A stretch of DNA of 64,000 nt. Origin: Leptolyngbyaceae cyanobacterium (lineage in GTDB: Bacteria; Cyanobacteriota; Cyanobacteriia; Phormidesmidales; Phormidesmidaceae). Within the stretch, counting starts at the first letter, position 1, and every line of letters starts with the position of its first letter. A program made the translations under genes and the position numbers. Below, one piece after another: positions 40,980 to 51,722 of the stretch. The stretch covers positions 2,720,001-2,784,000 of the forward strand of contig CBDHHL010000032.1 in assembly GCA_965263355.1 (NCBI GenBank). The letters run 5' to 3'. The notes below the pieces were generated by a model, which was given only the letters and a program-made list of their open reading frames with translations, made no database searches and was not told where the DNA came from.

Positions 40980-41981
40980 GTGGAACTTTGCTTCTGTATA
41001 AGTGTAAATAATGTGGTTGACAACATGTTTTATAGGTTACCATCAGTACTCTTATTGACCGGTAGTGTTTTCTTTCTCGGTAGTTGTGGGATCAATCAGC
41101 CCACCGCCGACTCTAGCAGCAATACATCAACAGGTGATGCCATTGTTCTAACAGATGTCAGTTTTGATCCAGACTCATTGATTCCTGAGACCCAGCCTGT
41201 TGCTGATTATCTGGCCAATAATCTTAAAAAAGCAGGAATTACAAAAGGTGAAGTCCAAATTGCTCCAGATGTGGATACCGTAGCTGAGTGGATGGCATCG
41301 GGCGAAGTGAATGTCTACTTTGACAGCGTTTTCCCTGCTATGTTGGTGATGGAAAAGGCTGGAGCTACACCCATTTTACGTCGTTGGAAAGACGGTGTCC
41401 CCGAATACAATACTCTCTTTGTTGCTCGTAAAGATAGTAATATAGCTGATTTGACATCTCTGCAAGGAAAGATGATTGCTATGCAGGCTCCCAGCTCTAG
41501 CTCTGGGTTTATGTTTCCCTTGATTGAGCTGATGGATGCTGACTTTAAGCCAGTAGCCAAGACAGAAGCCAATCATCAGGTCGAGGACGATGAGATTGGC
41601 TATGTTTTCTCAGGTGAGGATGAGACAACGGTAGAATGGATTCTCAATGGTAAGGTCCAAGCTGGAGCCTTGGATAGTGAGACTTGGGCAGAAGTCTCTG
41701 ATGCCGATCGAGAAGAGTTAATGGTCATTACTGAAACGGCTAAATATCCTCGACACATGGTAGTGGTTGGTCCCAGCCTGAGCGATGAACAAATTGAGGT
41801 TGTTAAAAATGTTCTGCTGGATATGGAAGATTCAAAACAAGGTCGTGAAGCTCTTGTAGAATTTAGCGAGACCGCTGAGTTTGATGAATTCCCTGAAGGG
41901 GCGGACGAAGCTGTGCTCAAACTTCAAGATGCCTACAACCGTGTCAAAGAGCATTTAGCAGCACAGGAGATTCTCAGCTAA
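40980..41981 (+). CDS. PhnD-like phosphate/phosphonate substrate-binding lipoprotein (start probably near 41025)
   Basis: Lipobox 'FLGSC'; 'YNTLFVARKDS', 'SSSSGFMFP', 'GKVQAGA'. Confidence 0.8.
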   Translation: MELCFCISVNNVVDNMFYRLPSVLLLTGSVFFLGSCGINQPTADSSSNTSTGDAIVLTDVSFDPDSLIPETQPVADYLANNLKKAGITKGEVQIAPDVDTVAEWMASGEVNVYFDSVFPAMLVMEKAGATPILRRWKDGVPEYNTLFVARKDSNIADLTSLQGKMIAMQAPSSSSGFMFPLIELMDADFKPVAKTEANHQVEDDEIGYVFSGEDETTVEWILNGKVQAGALDSETWAEVSDADREELMVITETAKYPRHMVVVGPSLSDEQIEVVKNVLLDMEDSKQGREALVEFSETAEFDEFPEGADEAVLKLQDAYNRVKEHLAAQEILS

Positions 41982-41996
41982 AGGCTTTGATTGCCC

Positions 41997-42138
41997 TAGA
42001 CCTGTTGCGATATAAGAACCTAATAGCCTTGAAACCCTTGCTAGTCATAGGCTTCCAGTGACTTCTCGTTGCAAAGCCTGAACCTATTGGCATCAAAGGA
42101 TTTCAGCTATTCTGTTCATCTATTTCGCAACACCTCTA
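41997..42138. mobile_element. MITE-like element
   Basis: Terminal IR TAGACCTGTTGCGATATA / TATTTCGCAACACCTCTA; non-coding. Confidence 0.55.
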
Positions 42139-42349
42139 CTGTTTAGTCAATAATTAGTTGGCGTAATTGAACCTCTAATCCCCATGATTGAAATCATGGG
42201 GTAGGTCTCTCTAAAAGTTTGAATGATTAGATCCAGCTTTTTACCATTACTGCTGATTCAAACGATGACTTGGTCTGTTGGTTTTGATTGAATCCAAAGT
42301 ATCCGGTTCAAACTTTCATCGAGAATCAGCAGCATCCGTTCTTTAAAGA

Positions 42350-45064
42350 GTGCTGTTAGCCATGACCCAAGTTAATACAAGACCACATCAGTTAAAAGAT
42401 AACACAGTGTTACAAACAATGATAGGTTGGCTCACAAAACGGCTAACGCCTCAGGGTAAGAGCTTGCGTGCTCAACTGCTAGTCACTATTTTACCCGTAG
42501 TTGTAGGGCCACTGCTCATTGCAAGTGCGGTGGGCTATCGAGTGGTGCAACAGCGGACAGAGGAGCGTTTACAGACTCAGTTAGCTAACCAAGCCTTATT
42601 AGCAAGCGGTGGCACCCGTGCAGTTGTGGATGAATTACTTGCTCTACCACGGGCCATTGCCAGCAGTCCTCTAGTTGTCAATGAAGCCTTAGCCGGTAGT
42701 AATGAGACGGTAAAAGCAGGCTTGGATAAGCTACCGATCGAAGCGCTGGAATCCCAATTTGCCGATAAAAAATTGGTTCGGTTTCACAGAGCGTTGAATG
42801 ATTATCTTCAAGAAACTGTTGAAACGGCTGATATTTCTGAAATCTTAGTCACTAATCGATACGGCTTTAATGTAGCTTACAGTCGTCCCACCACTGACTT
42901 TGTGCAAAGTGATGAGGAATGGTGGCAGCGAGGCAAGGAAGATGGAGTATGGATTAGTCCCCCTGACTTTGACTTTGCAGCTAAAGCTCGGACAGTAGAA
43001 TTAGTGCAGTCTATTATTAATCCTCAGGATGAAAACTTTGTAGGGGTCATTCGTGCAGTTCTGCCTGCTCGGAAGTTTAGCCTGGTAGCAGATTATCTGA
43101 AACGGACAGAAATCAGCGGCAGTCAACGAGTGCAGTTGATCGATGGTGAGACCCTGGGGATCATTGACACATTTTCTCCTCAGGGCTTTCGTAAAGAGGA
43201 GAAGGTCATTGGTGGTGAGACTCTCGAATCTGTGATCATAGCAATTGGTGATATCAAATTTTCATCAGATGCCTTATCTTCAAGTATAGACACCTATGTG
43301 AGTCAAATTGCTGATGCTTTAAGGAATACAAAACAGATTAAGCAATTATCGGTCACGCCATCAGAAAACGATACTGTTCTACTATCTTTTGTCCATGGAG
43401 ACCGATTATATAAAATTGCAACTGTTCCTAACACTCGGTGGTTTGCGATCGCTTCCATGGAAAGTCGAGAAATTGCTACGGCAGGTCAGCAGCTGTTGTT
43501 GTTATTTGTGGCCACAGCTCTCTTGCTAGGTGGGCTAACCTCAGGGTTGATTATATTTCTTGCACGGCAACTGTCGCTGCCGCTGGCCCATCTCTCAGAC
43601 TATAGCAAGCAGGTAGCTGAGGGGAATTTGGCGGTACAGGCAATTCCAGAAGGAACCCGCGAAACCCACGTATTAGCCCATACCTTTAATCAGCTGGTAG
43701 CGAGCACTGCTTCACTGCTCACCGCCCAGGAAGCCGAGACTAAGAAAGCAAACCTTTTTGCTCATATTGCCAGTGCTCCTGCTACCAGTTTAGGTTATAT
43801 TCGAACCATTATTGAAGAGACATTGCCTGATGCACAAGAGATTTTACAGGCAAACCGAATGCTCTTCTATCGCCTAAATCTGAATGGTAGTGGAAATGTT
43901 GAGGCAGAGGTAACCACCGGTACCTATCAGCGGGCAACTAACTATCCTGATCCTAAAGCCATTGTGCCTCCTCGCCTATTGGAGGAAGATACAAAAACAG
44001 CCGTGATTAACGATGTAGCCAAGGTGAATGAACATTCAACCGCCTATCACCAGTGTATGGAGCTGTTGGACGTAAAGTCCAGTTTGATTGTTCCTATGGA
44101 GGTTAATGGCGCATTATATGGTTTTTGGATTGTCCATCATTGTAAGACTATGCATCTATGGCAGCCTGTTGAAATTGCATTTGTAGAGCAATTAGCTGTA
44201 CAGTTTCAGCTTGTATTTGAGCGTTTGCATTCTCTCAATGAAGCCCGGGATGCTCGTCAGGTGAGTGAGGCACTGTCTAACAAATTGAAACAACAGCGCT
44301 CAAGTCTTCAGAAACAGGTGGCTGAGCTGACACAGCTACTTCAGACCCAAACTCCCTCAACAGATTCAGCACCCACACTATCCGAAGACGTATCCATTGA
44401 ACATATTTCTGATCTCTTTCAAGATACGTTTACTCGTCTGCTGCAGCTTGCGGCTAATGTGGAGCACATTAACAGTCAGATGAAAACATCCCTGGCCCAA
44501 ACAGAAGAAACCGCTACCCAGGTGGTTGAGCCGATGAATTGTCAAACCCAGGCGGCATTAGCAATGTTGGAAACGCTGCAACCCATTATTCATACTGTCC
44601 CTGAACTGATTGGTATGGCCAAGCAAGCACTGCAGCGCTGTCGTAGCTTTTCAGGCATTAGTAGCAATCTAGCAAAGCTACATCCCCTGGACTCAAACCA
44701 CATACCGTCTGATGGAGAAACCACTGCCGAAAATCCACAAAAACCGGTTGTATTTCTCGAGCTAGTGCAACGGGAAATGGATAAAATTAACGATACTTTG
44801 GCTAAGATTGAGCAGCAGATCGATAGTAGTTCTAACCAGGTCAAGGATGCTCAGATGCATATGGCAGCCGCATTTAAGGGAGGGCAACAGCTGGATCAGC
44901 TGCTCCAAAGCCTGGCGTTTATCAATGTTAACCAGCTACAAATGACCCAGGCGGTAGATGATTTGATTAAGCTGATGACGCTGTCTGCTGAACGTACTTC
45001 GAGTTTGACTGAGGAAATTGATAGTACCCTTGAGCAGAATACCAATATTAATGTGGTTTCTTAA
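42350..45064 (+). CDS. Membrane sensor: Cache-HAMP-GAF plus a degenerate MCP-like coiled coil
   Basis: 'TDFVQSDEEWWQ' Cache-like, two TMs, HAMP 'PLAHL..VAEGNL..E...LAHTFN', GAF 'KSSLIVPM..G.LYG..IVHHC...W'. Confidence 0.75.
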   Translation: MLLAMTQVNTRPHQLKDNTVLQTMIGWLTKRLTPQGKSLRAQLLVTILPVVVGPLLIASAVGYRVVQQRTEERLQTQLANQALLASGGTRAVVDELLALPRAIASSPLVVNEALAGSNETVKAGLDKLPIEALESQFADKKLVRFHRALNDYLQETVETADISEILVTNRYGFNVAYSRPTTDFVQSDEEWWQRGKEDGVWISPPDFDFAAKARTVELVQSIINPQDENFVGVIRAVLPARKFSLVADYLKRTEISGSQRVQLIDGETLGIIDTFSPQGFRKEEKVIGGETLESVIIAIGDIKFSSDALSSSIDTYVSQIADALRNTKQIKQLSVTPSENDTVLLSFVHGDRLYKIATVPNTRWFAIASMESREIATAGQQLLLLFVATALLLGGLTSGLIIFLARQLSLPLAHLSDYSKQVAEGNLAVQAIPEGTRETHVLAHTFNQLVASTASLLTAQEAETKKANLFAHIASAPATSLGYIRTIIEETLPDAQEILQANRMLFYRLNLNGSGNVEAEVTTGTYQRATNYPDPKAIVPPRLLEEDTKTAVINDVAKVNEHSTAYHQCMELLDVKSSLIVPMEVNGALYGFWIVHHCKTMHLWQPVEIAFVEQLAVQFQLVFERLHSLNEARDARQVSEALSNKLKQQRSSLQKQVAELTQLLQTQTPSTDSAPTLSEDVSIEHISDLFQDTFTRLLQLAANVEHINSQMKTSLAQTEETATQVVEPMNCQTQAALAMLETLQPIIHTVPELIGMAKQALQRCRSFSGISSNLAKLHPLDSNHIPSDGETTAENPQKPVVFLELVQREMDKINDTLAKIEQQIDSSSNQVKDAQMHMAAAFKGGQQLDQLLQSLAFINVNQLQMTQAVDDLIKLMTLSAERTSSLTEEIDSTLEQNTNINVVS

Positions 45065-45277
45065 CCGATTTTCGGTGTATCCACTTCATACGCTTGCAGT
45101 TTTTGACTGAAGGCGTTAAGCCGTTTGTGATGGTCCTCTGGACCGACTTCGCCATCGCTCGATAAATCAATCCGAAATTCAGCCACTTGTTATTTATGAC
45201 CTTAATTCACTTCGCCCGATGACATTCGTAAACAGTTAGTTAGCACAGAAGCTAAAGCTCCTGTTTCAGATGAAGAT

Positions 45278-45835
45278 ATGCAGCAAGCGGTTCGCACGCT
45301 ACTGCTAGGCTTGGGAGAAGACCCTGACCGTGAAGGGTTACGCGACACCCCAAAACGTGTGGTCAAATCCCTAAAGTTTTTAACCTCTGGGTATCATCAG
45401 TCTCTGGATGACCTGCTCAACGGAGCTGTTTTCCATGAGGACACCAATGAAATGGTGCTGGTGCGCGATATTGATTTGTTCAGTGCTTGTGAGCACCATA
45501 TCTTACCGATTTTAGGCCGTATCCATGTTGCCTATATCCCCAATGGCAAGGTAATTGGCCTATCAAAAATTGCCCGCATTTGTGAAATGTATGCGCGACG
45601 GCTACAGTCGCAAGAACGGCTGGCTCGGCAAATTGGTAACGCTCTGCAAGGACTGTTACAGCCCCAGGGGGTGGCAGTTGTTGTTGAAGCATCCCACACG
45701 TGTATAGTGATGCGCGGTGTGCAAAAGCCAGGGGCTTGGACTGTCACCAGTTCGATGCAAGGGTTGTTTGCTGAAGATTCCCGTACGCGTCAGGAATTTA
45801 TGGACCTAATTCGCCTCAACCCATCATTCCATTAA
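45278..45835 (+). CDS. folE: GTP cyclohydrolase I
   Basis: '[16 protein letters not shown]', 'CEHHILP', 'GLSKIAR', 'QERL', 'H.C..MRG'. Confidence 0.95.
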   Translation: MQQAVRTLLLGLGEDPDREGLRDTPKRVVKSLKFLTSGYHQSLDDLLNGAVFHEDTNEMVLVRDIDLFSACEHHILPILGRIHVAYIPNGKVIGLSKIARICEMYARRLQSQERLARQIGNALQGLLQPQGVAVVVEASHTCIVMRGVQKPGAWTVTSSMQGLFAEDSRTRQEFMDLIRLNPSFH

Positions 45836-46413
45836 GGCCTGATTGAAGCGAAGCGTCGAATTACTGTCGTGCAATCTCGGCACAAGTTGCTGAGTCTTGA
45901 CCACCATTGAGAATCGCTAACGGTTTGAATATTGGGTACCTCGTAAATAGTTGTACGGTTTGGTGTTTCCGAAATCTCAACTTGCTGAATCACTGCCAAG
46001 GGGTCTAAAACCTCAAATCTGTTAGCAACAAAGACTGCCATTTCTTCCGTTGTCCCTAACGGACAATCAGGCCAATCATTGACCAGTTTCGGTAACGTCT
46101 TTAACCACTGAATCAGATTATTTTCAGTTTCCACCATGTCGCATCCATACATATCAGTGGCTGACTTTGGCGATTCGCAACAGATCGTAAATATAAAATC
46201 ATGCGGGTGAGGTGTTGCCCATATCGGTGGATTGTGATGCTCAAACCGGGCAACGGTTGTCACTCGATACCGAAAAACTATCTGACGTTGATCAGTTTGT
46301 GGACCTGTAAGAATAACCTTGCGGTAGGGTGGGGTTTGAGCATATCTAAAATTGACAGGATAATGCGATCTTGCTCGTTCCACTCGGACTTCAGGATTAT
46401 TTGACAGTTGCAT
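45832..46413 (-). CDS. QueD/PTPS-like T-fold protein
   Basis: 'HPHDF' metal motif and '[15 protein letters not shown]'; next to folE. Confidence 0.55.
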   Translation of the reverse strand: MQLSNNPEVRVERARSHYPVNFRYAQTPPYRKVILTGPQTDQRQIVFRYRVTTVARFEHHNPPIWATPHPHDFIFTICCESPKSATDMYGCDMVETENNLIQWLKTLPKLVNDWPDCPLGTTEEMAVFVANRFEVLDPLAVIQQVEISETPNRTTIYEVPNIQTVSDSQWWSRLSNLCRDCTTVIRRFASIRP

Positions 46414-46547
46414 GATTTTTGACGGGTATTCTCTGTAGAAATCTAATTCTGTCCCATCGTAGACAATAATTTGGATCCCATTTACTCTAATAAATTAAAT
46501 TGCCCAATCACCTGAAGGTAGTGCAAGTGGATCTTAGGTTTATCCGT

Positions 46548-47063
46548 CTACCGCTCCAGCAGGCGGGGCATCAACTCCACCAGGTTGCAGGGCCGGTGGC
46601 GAGCATCTAGCTGGTCGTTAATCAGAGCATTCCAGCCGGTGCGGCAAGCCCCCGATGACCCAGGCAAGCAAAAAATATAGGTACCGTTGGCCACCCCTGC
46701 CAGGGCGCGGGACTGCACCGTGGAGGTTTTAATCTCCTGGTAAGACACCATCCGAAAGATTTCGCCAAAGCCGGGGAGTTGTTTATCCAGCAGGGGGGCA
46801 ATGGCTTCAGGAGTGCCGTCCCGCCCGGTCACCCCCGTGCCCCCAGTGGTGATGATGGCCTGCACCCCAGCATCGGCAATCCAGCGGGAGACCACCGCCC
46901 ATATTTGGTAAATATCGTCAGGCACGATCATTTTTTCGGCCAGGGTGTGGCCTGCGGTTTGCAGATGCTCCACCAGCAGTTGGCCAGATTTATCCGTGGC
47001 TTCGGTGCGGCTGTCGGAGACGGTGAGAATGGCGATGGGGACGGGGATAAAGGCGGTGGTCAT
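46548..47063 (-). CDS. moaB: Molybdenum cofactor biosynthesis protein B
   Basis: 'LTVSDSR', '[16 protein letters not shown]', 'LPGS', 'PCNLV'. Confidence 0.95.
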   Translation of the reverse strand: MTTAFIPVPIAILTVSDSRTEATDKSGQLLVEHLQTAGHTLAEKMIVPDDIYQIWAVVSRWIADAGVQAIITTGGTGVTGRDGTPEAIAPLLDKQLPGFGEIFRMVSYQEIKTSTVQSRALAGVANGTYIFCLPGSSGACRTGWNALINDQLDARHRPCNLVELMPRLLER

Positions 47064-47272
47064 AGGGCTTTTCTCTAATCAGGGCATGAGAAATTTATAC
47101 TACAAAGTTCCACATAAAGGGGCTTTTCTGGCCAAATTAACAAATACAACCAAAGGAGGTGATGCAGACAAAAAAAAGCATAAAGAAGATTAAAGAATAA
47201 AACAAAGGCAATCATGCAAAGGTTTAAGTCGGCATGATTAAATGTTAATCATTTTGAAAAGCAAAGGAGAAA

Positions 47273-47974
47273 TTGAGTATGCAAGTTAATTCAATTGAGT
47301 TACCAACACATTCTGAACTTCAGACAGTTCTTAAAGACGTTGTGAAAGAAAAAAATGGCGGATTTAGTTTAAATATGTGGGCAACGGTAGTTGATAGAGA
47401 CGGTGTCGTAAAAGCAGTTGTATTCTCAGGTGACGATAGAGGTGACCAATGGCCTGGGAGCCGTGTTATTTCAGCGCAAAAAGCAAATACAGCAAATGCG
47501 TTCAGTCTTCCAGGTTTATCATTGTCAACGGCAAATCTGTTTTCAGCAGTTCAGCCCGGTGGCAATTTATATGGTTTGCAGCACAGTAATCCGGTTGATA
47601 CTAATGTCGCTTATGGTGGGTCATCACATGAATTCGGTACAGAAAACGACCCGATGGTTGGTAAGAAAATCGGAGGAGTGAATGTTTTTGGGGGTGGTTT
47701 AGCTTTGTATCGTGAAGATGGTACGCTGCTTGGCGCAATTGGGGTTAGTGGTGATAGCTCATGTGCGGATCATAATGTCGCATGGAAAGTTCGTCATCAA
47801 CTCAAACTGGACTACGTACCTGCGGGGGTTAGCCCAAACCAGGATGACAATATTATTAATGACATTGTTGATGGTATTAGCTCCGGTGGTTGGGGACATC
47901 CTGCATGTTCGCCCGAAGCAACTGATATAGCTGAAAGTTTTTCCAAAACATATCCAGTGCGATCTAAAAAGTAA
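47273..47974 (+). CDS. GlcG/HbpS-family heme-binding protein, probable cassette
   Basis: 'ATVVDRDG', 'SAQKANTA', 'FGGGLAL', 'GAIGVSG'; attC-like site 19 bp downstream. Confidence 0.85.
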   Translation: MSMQVNSIELPTHSELQTVLKDVVKEKNGGFSLNMWATVVDRDGVVKAVVFSGDDRGDQWPGSRVISAQKANTANAFSLPGLSLSTANLFSAVQPGGNLYGLQHSNPVDTNVAYGGSSHEFGTENDPMVGKKIGGVNVFGGGLALYREDGTLLGAIGVSGDSSCADHNVAWKVRHQLKLDYVPAGVSPNQDDNIINDIVDGISSGGWGHPACSPEATDIAESFSKTYPVRSKK

Positions 47975-47992
47975 ATTATTTTCGACAACAGT

Positions 47993-48064
47993 GGCTAGCA
48001 AGGTGCTGCACCTGATCGCTGTTCCGCTGCACTCCCTAACGGCAGGTGAGCTTCATCGCTAGAG
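47993..48064 (+). other. attC-like site with GCTAG cores
   Basis: GGCTAGC-aaggt-GCTGCACC...GGTGAGC-ttcatc-GCTAGAG. Confidence 0.65.
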
Positions 48065-48282
48065 GACAGAAACAATACTCAGAATGCTAGCGCTTGGTTT
48101 GCCCCTATGCCATATCCTATCAATGCCACTGTTGTCAGACCGAGGCCAATACAGACTGTTGCCAGAGCGCTGACCACTGACAGCCGCTGCATCACTCCAG
48201 TTCCCAAGAGAGATTTTCAAGCCAATGTTGTCCACAAACCGCAGCTAACCCCAGGCCAGTCAACACAGTGGTAATTTTCTCA

Positions 48283-48687
48283 TCACTCGACCTCCCAGTC
48301 CTCAATCTGTAACCCCTCAACGCGATCAAACTCTCGCGTATTGTGAGTCACCAAAATCAGATTATTAGCCAAAGAGATCGCAGCAATCTGCAAATCATAA
48401 GACCCAATCGGATTCCCCGCACTCGCCAGCTTCGCCCGAATCTGTCCAGCTAACAAAGCCGATTCATCCTCAAACGGTAGTGAAACAAATCGAGATAAAA
48501 ATGCCTGCTGTCGCTCTAATGTCCGCTTTGGGTTGTTACTCCGAAAAGCACCATAAAATAATTCAGCCTTCACCACAGAGCAGACGGCTATTTCCTCGGC
48601 GGGCGTCGCCAACAAACGATCACGCACCGACGCAGAACGACCATTCAGATACACCACACAAACATTAGTATCCAGCAGATAACGCAT
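48283..48687 (-). CDS. vapC: VapC PIN-domain toxin
   Basis: 'YLLDTN', 'AELFYGA', 'IGSYDLQIAA', 'LVTHNTREF'. Confidence 0.92.
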   Translation of the reverse strand: MRYLLDTNVCVVYLNGRSASVRDRLLATPAEEIAVCSVVKAELFYGAFRSNNPKRTLERQQAFLSRFVSLPFEDESALLAGQIRAKLASAGNPIGSYDLQIAAISLANNLILVTHNTREFDRVEGLQIEDWEVE

Positions 48688-48689
48688 CC

Positions 48690-48935
48690 CTACTCAAACG
48701 CTCCCGCCAAATCTTCATCTAGCACCTCTGAAATCCCCTCATCATCAATGTTGATAGGATCATCCGTGCAGATTCCATAGAGATCTTCTAAAGACAAGCC
48801 AACAGTTGTAACCACTGGAACAGGCTGATAGATCACCATTACCTCAATATCTAGATCCTTCAGGCCAACCGGAATTTCAAGATACAAAATACCATCTTGC
48901 CCCACCCGCTGACGTACCTTAATGCTTTCCATCAT
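48690..48935 (-). CDS. Probable cognate antitoxin
   Basis: 81 aa acidic ORF ending 2 bp before vapC. Confidence 0.7.
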   Translation of the reverse strand: MMESIKVRQRVGQDGILYLEIPVGLKDLDIEVMVIYQPVPVVTTVGLSLEDLYGICTDDPINIDDEGISEVLDEDLAGAFE

Positions 48936-48947
48936 GGTTGCTTCCTC

Positions 48948-50467
48948 CTAATCAACATCCTCACCCAATTCCTTCAAAATACCCCGCAACTGAGTTAAAG
49001 CAGCCTCCAACTCAGTTATAGCCTCTCGGGCCAGGGTAGCCGGTTCAGGTAAATCCCCCTGCTCCTCCTCGCGATCCCCATTCAGCCAGCTGATATCTAA
49101 ATTATCGCCACGTTCAGCAATCCAATCACGGGAAAAACATCGAAATTCTCCTTCTTCCCCCATATCTTTTCGTTTAGCAAGGCTAGTGGCACTCCCTAAC
49201 GGGTCGGTGCCAAAAGCTACTTCAAACGCCTTAAAGTAATCACGGGTCAAAGCCGTCCGCTTCCCAAACTGAGGTGCATTTGCCCGTAAATCATAGACCC
49301 AGACTGCTTTCGTATTGGCCTTTGCTTTCTTACCACGAGTAAAAAACATTACATTTGTCTTTACACCCTGAGCATAGAAAATACCCGATGGTAAACGCAA
49401 AATCGTGTGTAGATTGCATTTATCCATCAAATCGGTACGAATCTGCCGCCCTACATTGCTCTCAAACAGCACATTATCGGGAAAAATTGCCGCTGTCCGT
49501 CCCCCAGGCTTCAGTCCCAGGTAGATATGCTGCAAAAAGCAAAGCTACTTATTGCTAGTAGGAAATTCAAAATCTGGACGCTCAGGCACTCCTCCACCCT
49601 TTTTGCTACCAAAGGGTGGATTAGTTACGATAAGAGACGCCTGCGGTAAGGCTTGCCCCTCAGGAGATAGCGTATCCCCATAGCGCATACCAGCCTTTTC
49701 AGGATCAGACTCTACACCATGCAGCATCAGGTTCATGCAGCCCATCCGAAATGTGTCTGGCACAAACTCCATGCCGTAGAAGGTATTGGTTTCGTACTTC
49801 TTCTTTTGGGCTGACGTCCAATTCTTAGGATTTTCATGCTCCCGGATATAGCGATTTGCCGAGATCAGAAATCCTCCGGTTCCAGCCGCTGGATCTTGAA
49901 TCACATCCTTCAGCGTTGGGCGCATCACATGCACTATGCTGTCAATCAACGCTCGTGGTGTGAAGTACTGGCCAGCTCCAGCCTTTGCCTCCTTGGAATT
50001 TCTGTCTAACAGCCCTTCATAAATCTCACCCATGCCCTCTTGCTTGGCGTTGTACCAGTCGAGCTTGTCAATCTCAGTGACCAGGGTGTTGAGAGTGGTG
50101 TCTAACAGCCCTTCATAAATCTCACCCATTTGGCGTTTACCAGTATCAATCTCAGTGACCAGTGTTGAGATGGCATTTTTTATATCGCATCAGTAAAAAT
50201 ATTTTGGACCGTCATAGAGCCTTCGTCACATAGATGCTCTAGAAGCCTCTTATAAAACTCAAGCTGTTCGGTTCCCTCTAGAGCCTCTAAATCATCCCAC
50301 CGATATCCTTCTGGCAACTTCAGCTCAATATCAGTCTCCTTTGCCATCTTCAAGAAAAGGAGATAGGTTAGCTCAGTTACATACTGGTGATAAACGATAG
50401 CCCCATCCTTAAGGATGTTGCAAAGATTCCAGAGTTTAGCAACGATGTCATGGGTTGTATTGCTCAT
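48948..50467 (-). pseudogene. hsdM: Second type I hsdM, disrupted
   Basis: 'GAGQYFTPR', 'QDPAAGTGGF', 'NPPFG'; TAG replaces Q in 'TSNK*LCFLQH'; scrambled segment at about 50005-50180. Confidence 0.85.
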
Positions 50468-50639
50468 AGCTCCGGTATTTTACCGTTGCTTGGCTTTAGT
50501 TTCAGCCACTTCATGAGTATTAGCTATAGGATGCCGCTCGTTAGGATATCCAGGTCTCTCAACTCCGTCAACTCAATTGCCTTCGATTCCCTGTCAGACC
50601 CCGGATACGATCTCCCGTCAACGACTGCCTTGAACCCCC

Positions 50640-50726
50640 AGCTAACCAGTCGCTGCACCGGAACGCTCAAACATGGTTACTTCAGTCGCGAAGGTTATCT
50701 ATGTCCGGTGAGCTTAGTCGCTAGGT
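50640..50726 (+). other. attC site with a GCTAG right core
   Basis: AGCTAAC-cagtc-GCTGCACC-GGA...TCC-GGTGAGC-ttagtc-GCTAGGT. Confidence 0.75.
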
Positions 50727-50774
50727 GACGGGTGACAAGAGTCAGGATGGCTAGCGACTGGTTTATCCCTATCC

Positions 50775-51160
50775 TTATCCCATCACCGCCACTGTGGTCA
50801 AACCAAGGCCAATGCAGACTGTTGCCAGAGCGCTGACCACTGACAAACGCTGTATAATTCCAGTTCCCAAGGGAGATTTTTCAAGCCACTGTTGTCCATA
50901 AACGGCGGCTAACCCCAGGCTAGTGAGCACGGATGCCAGTCCAAGGCTAAAGCCGCCTATAAGCACTAACCCATAGGCGATTTGGTGTAATGCGATCGCA
51001 CTCAACAACAAGACCAACGCCGATGGACAGGGCACCAACCCACCCGAAATGCCAATGGTCCCTAGGTTGATCATCATGGTGGTGATGCGTCCCCAAAATC
51101 GATGACCATGGTGATGATCGGGGTGATGGTGATGGTGATGCCCATCCCTCAAGCGCATTG
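50775..51160 (-). pseudogene. C-terminal remnant of an RcnA/NiCoT-type Ni/Co transporter
   Basis: His-rich stretch then 'GISGGLVPCPSALVLLL', 'FSLGLA'; N-terminus absent. Confidence 0.75.
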
Positions 51161-51391
51161 TCAGCACATAAGTGTGGTCTTTTGGGGAGAGGCGAGGGCG
51201 ATCGCGCAAAACCGATTGCAGGCGCTGAGGCACTCCACGGGTTGCACCCTGACGGTTGGCGGCAGCTGCCCTTGTTGCTGACATTTCAACAAACTCTGCC
51301 ACAGCAGATATCCTCCCCGCTGGCCCAGGTGCTCCCGTTGACCAGCAGCAAAGGCGCAGGAGGTGCAAACAAACAAACTGTGCTGAGACAT
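51161..51391 (-). pseudogene. DUF1636-like metal-binding protein, 3'-truncated
   Basis: 'FVCTSC', 'VECLSACNRFC.IAL'. Confidence 0.7.
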
Positions 51392-51396
51392 AGGAT

Positions 51397-51654
51397 TTAC
51401 TCAGTTTGAAATAGACGACTTAAATCATCCAACTCAATGTCATCCAACGCTTTGTGGATTTTGTACTGCTGGGCTGGCTGGCTCAAAATGTTAATGACGG
51501 TTTCAATTGGCGGGCAATCGGGTTCTTTACACTGAAGTTGGCTAACCGAGATGCCAATATCCGGGTCGAGCTTCAAAAGGTCGTAAACCCAGGTTTTGAT
51601 CTGTTGCAAAGCAGCTGGATTAGGTTTAGGTCGAGACTGAGAAAAGAGATTCAT
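51397..51654 (-). CDS. Small hypothetical protein with a CxxPxCPP motif
   Basis: 'QCKEPDCPPIETVI...KIHK'. Confidence 0.7.
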   Translation of the reverse strand: MNLFSQSRPKPNPAALQQIKTWVYDLLKLDPDIGISVSQLQCKEPDCPPIETVINILSQPAQQYKIHKALDDIELDDLSRLFQTE

Positions 51655-51722
51655 AATAGTACATAAAGTTAGCTGTATTGATAAGACAATATACCTGGTT
51701 GAAGCAGGAGAGAAGATGACAG

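Noticed and set aside
50005..50180. Internal repeats in the second hsdM as a phase-variation device
   Set aside because: Garbled partial copies resemble the other consensus artefacts.
50775..51368. 197-aa ORF as a full protein
   Set aside because: Its N-terminal part is an alternate frame of the DUF1636-like gene created by the deletion junction.
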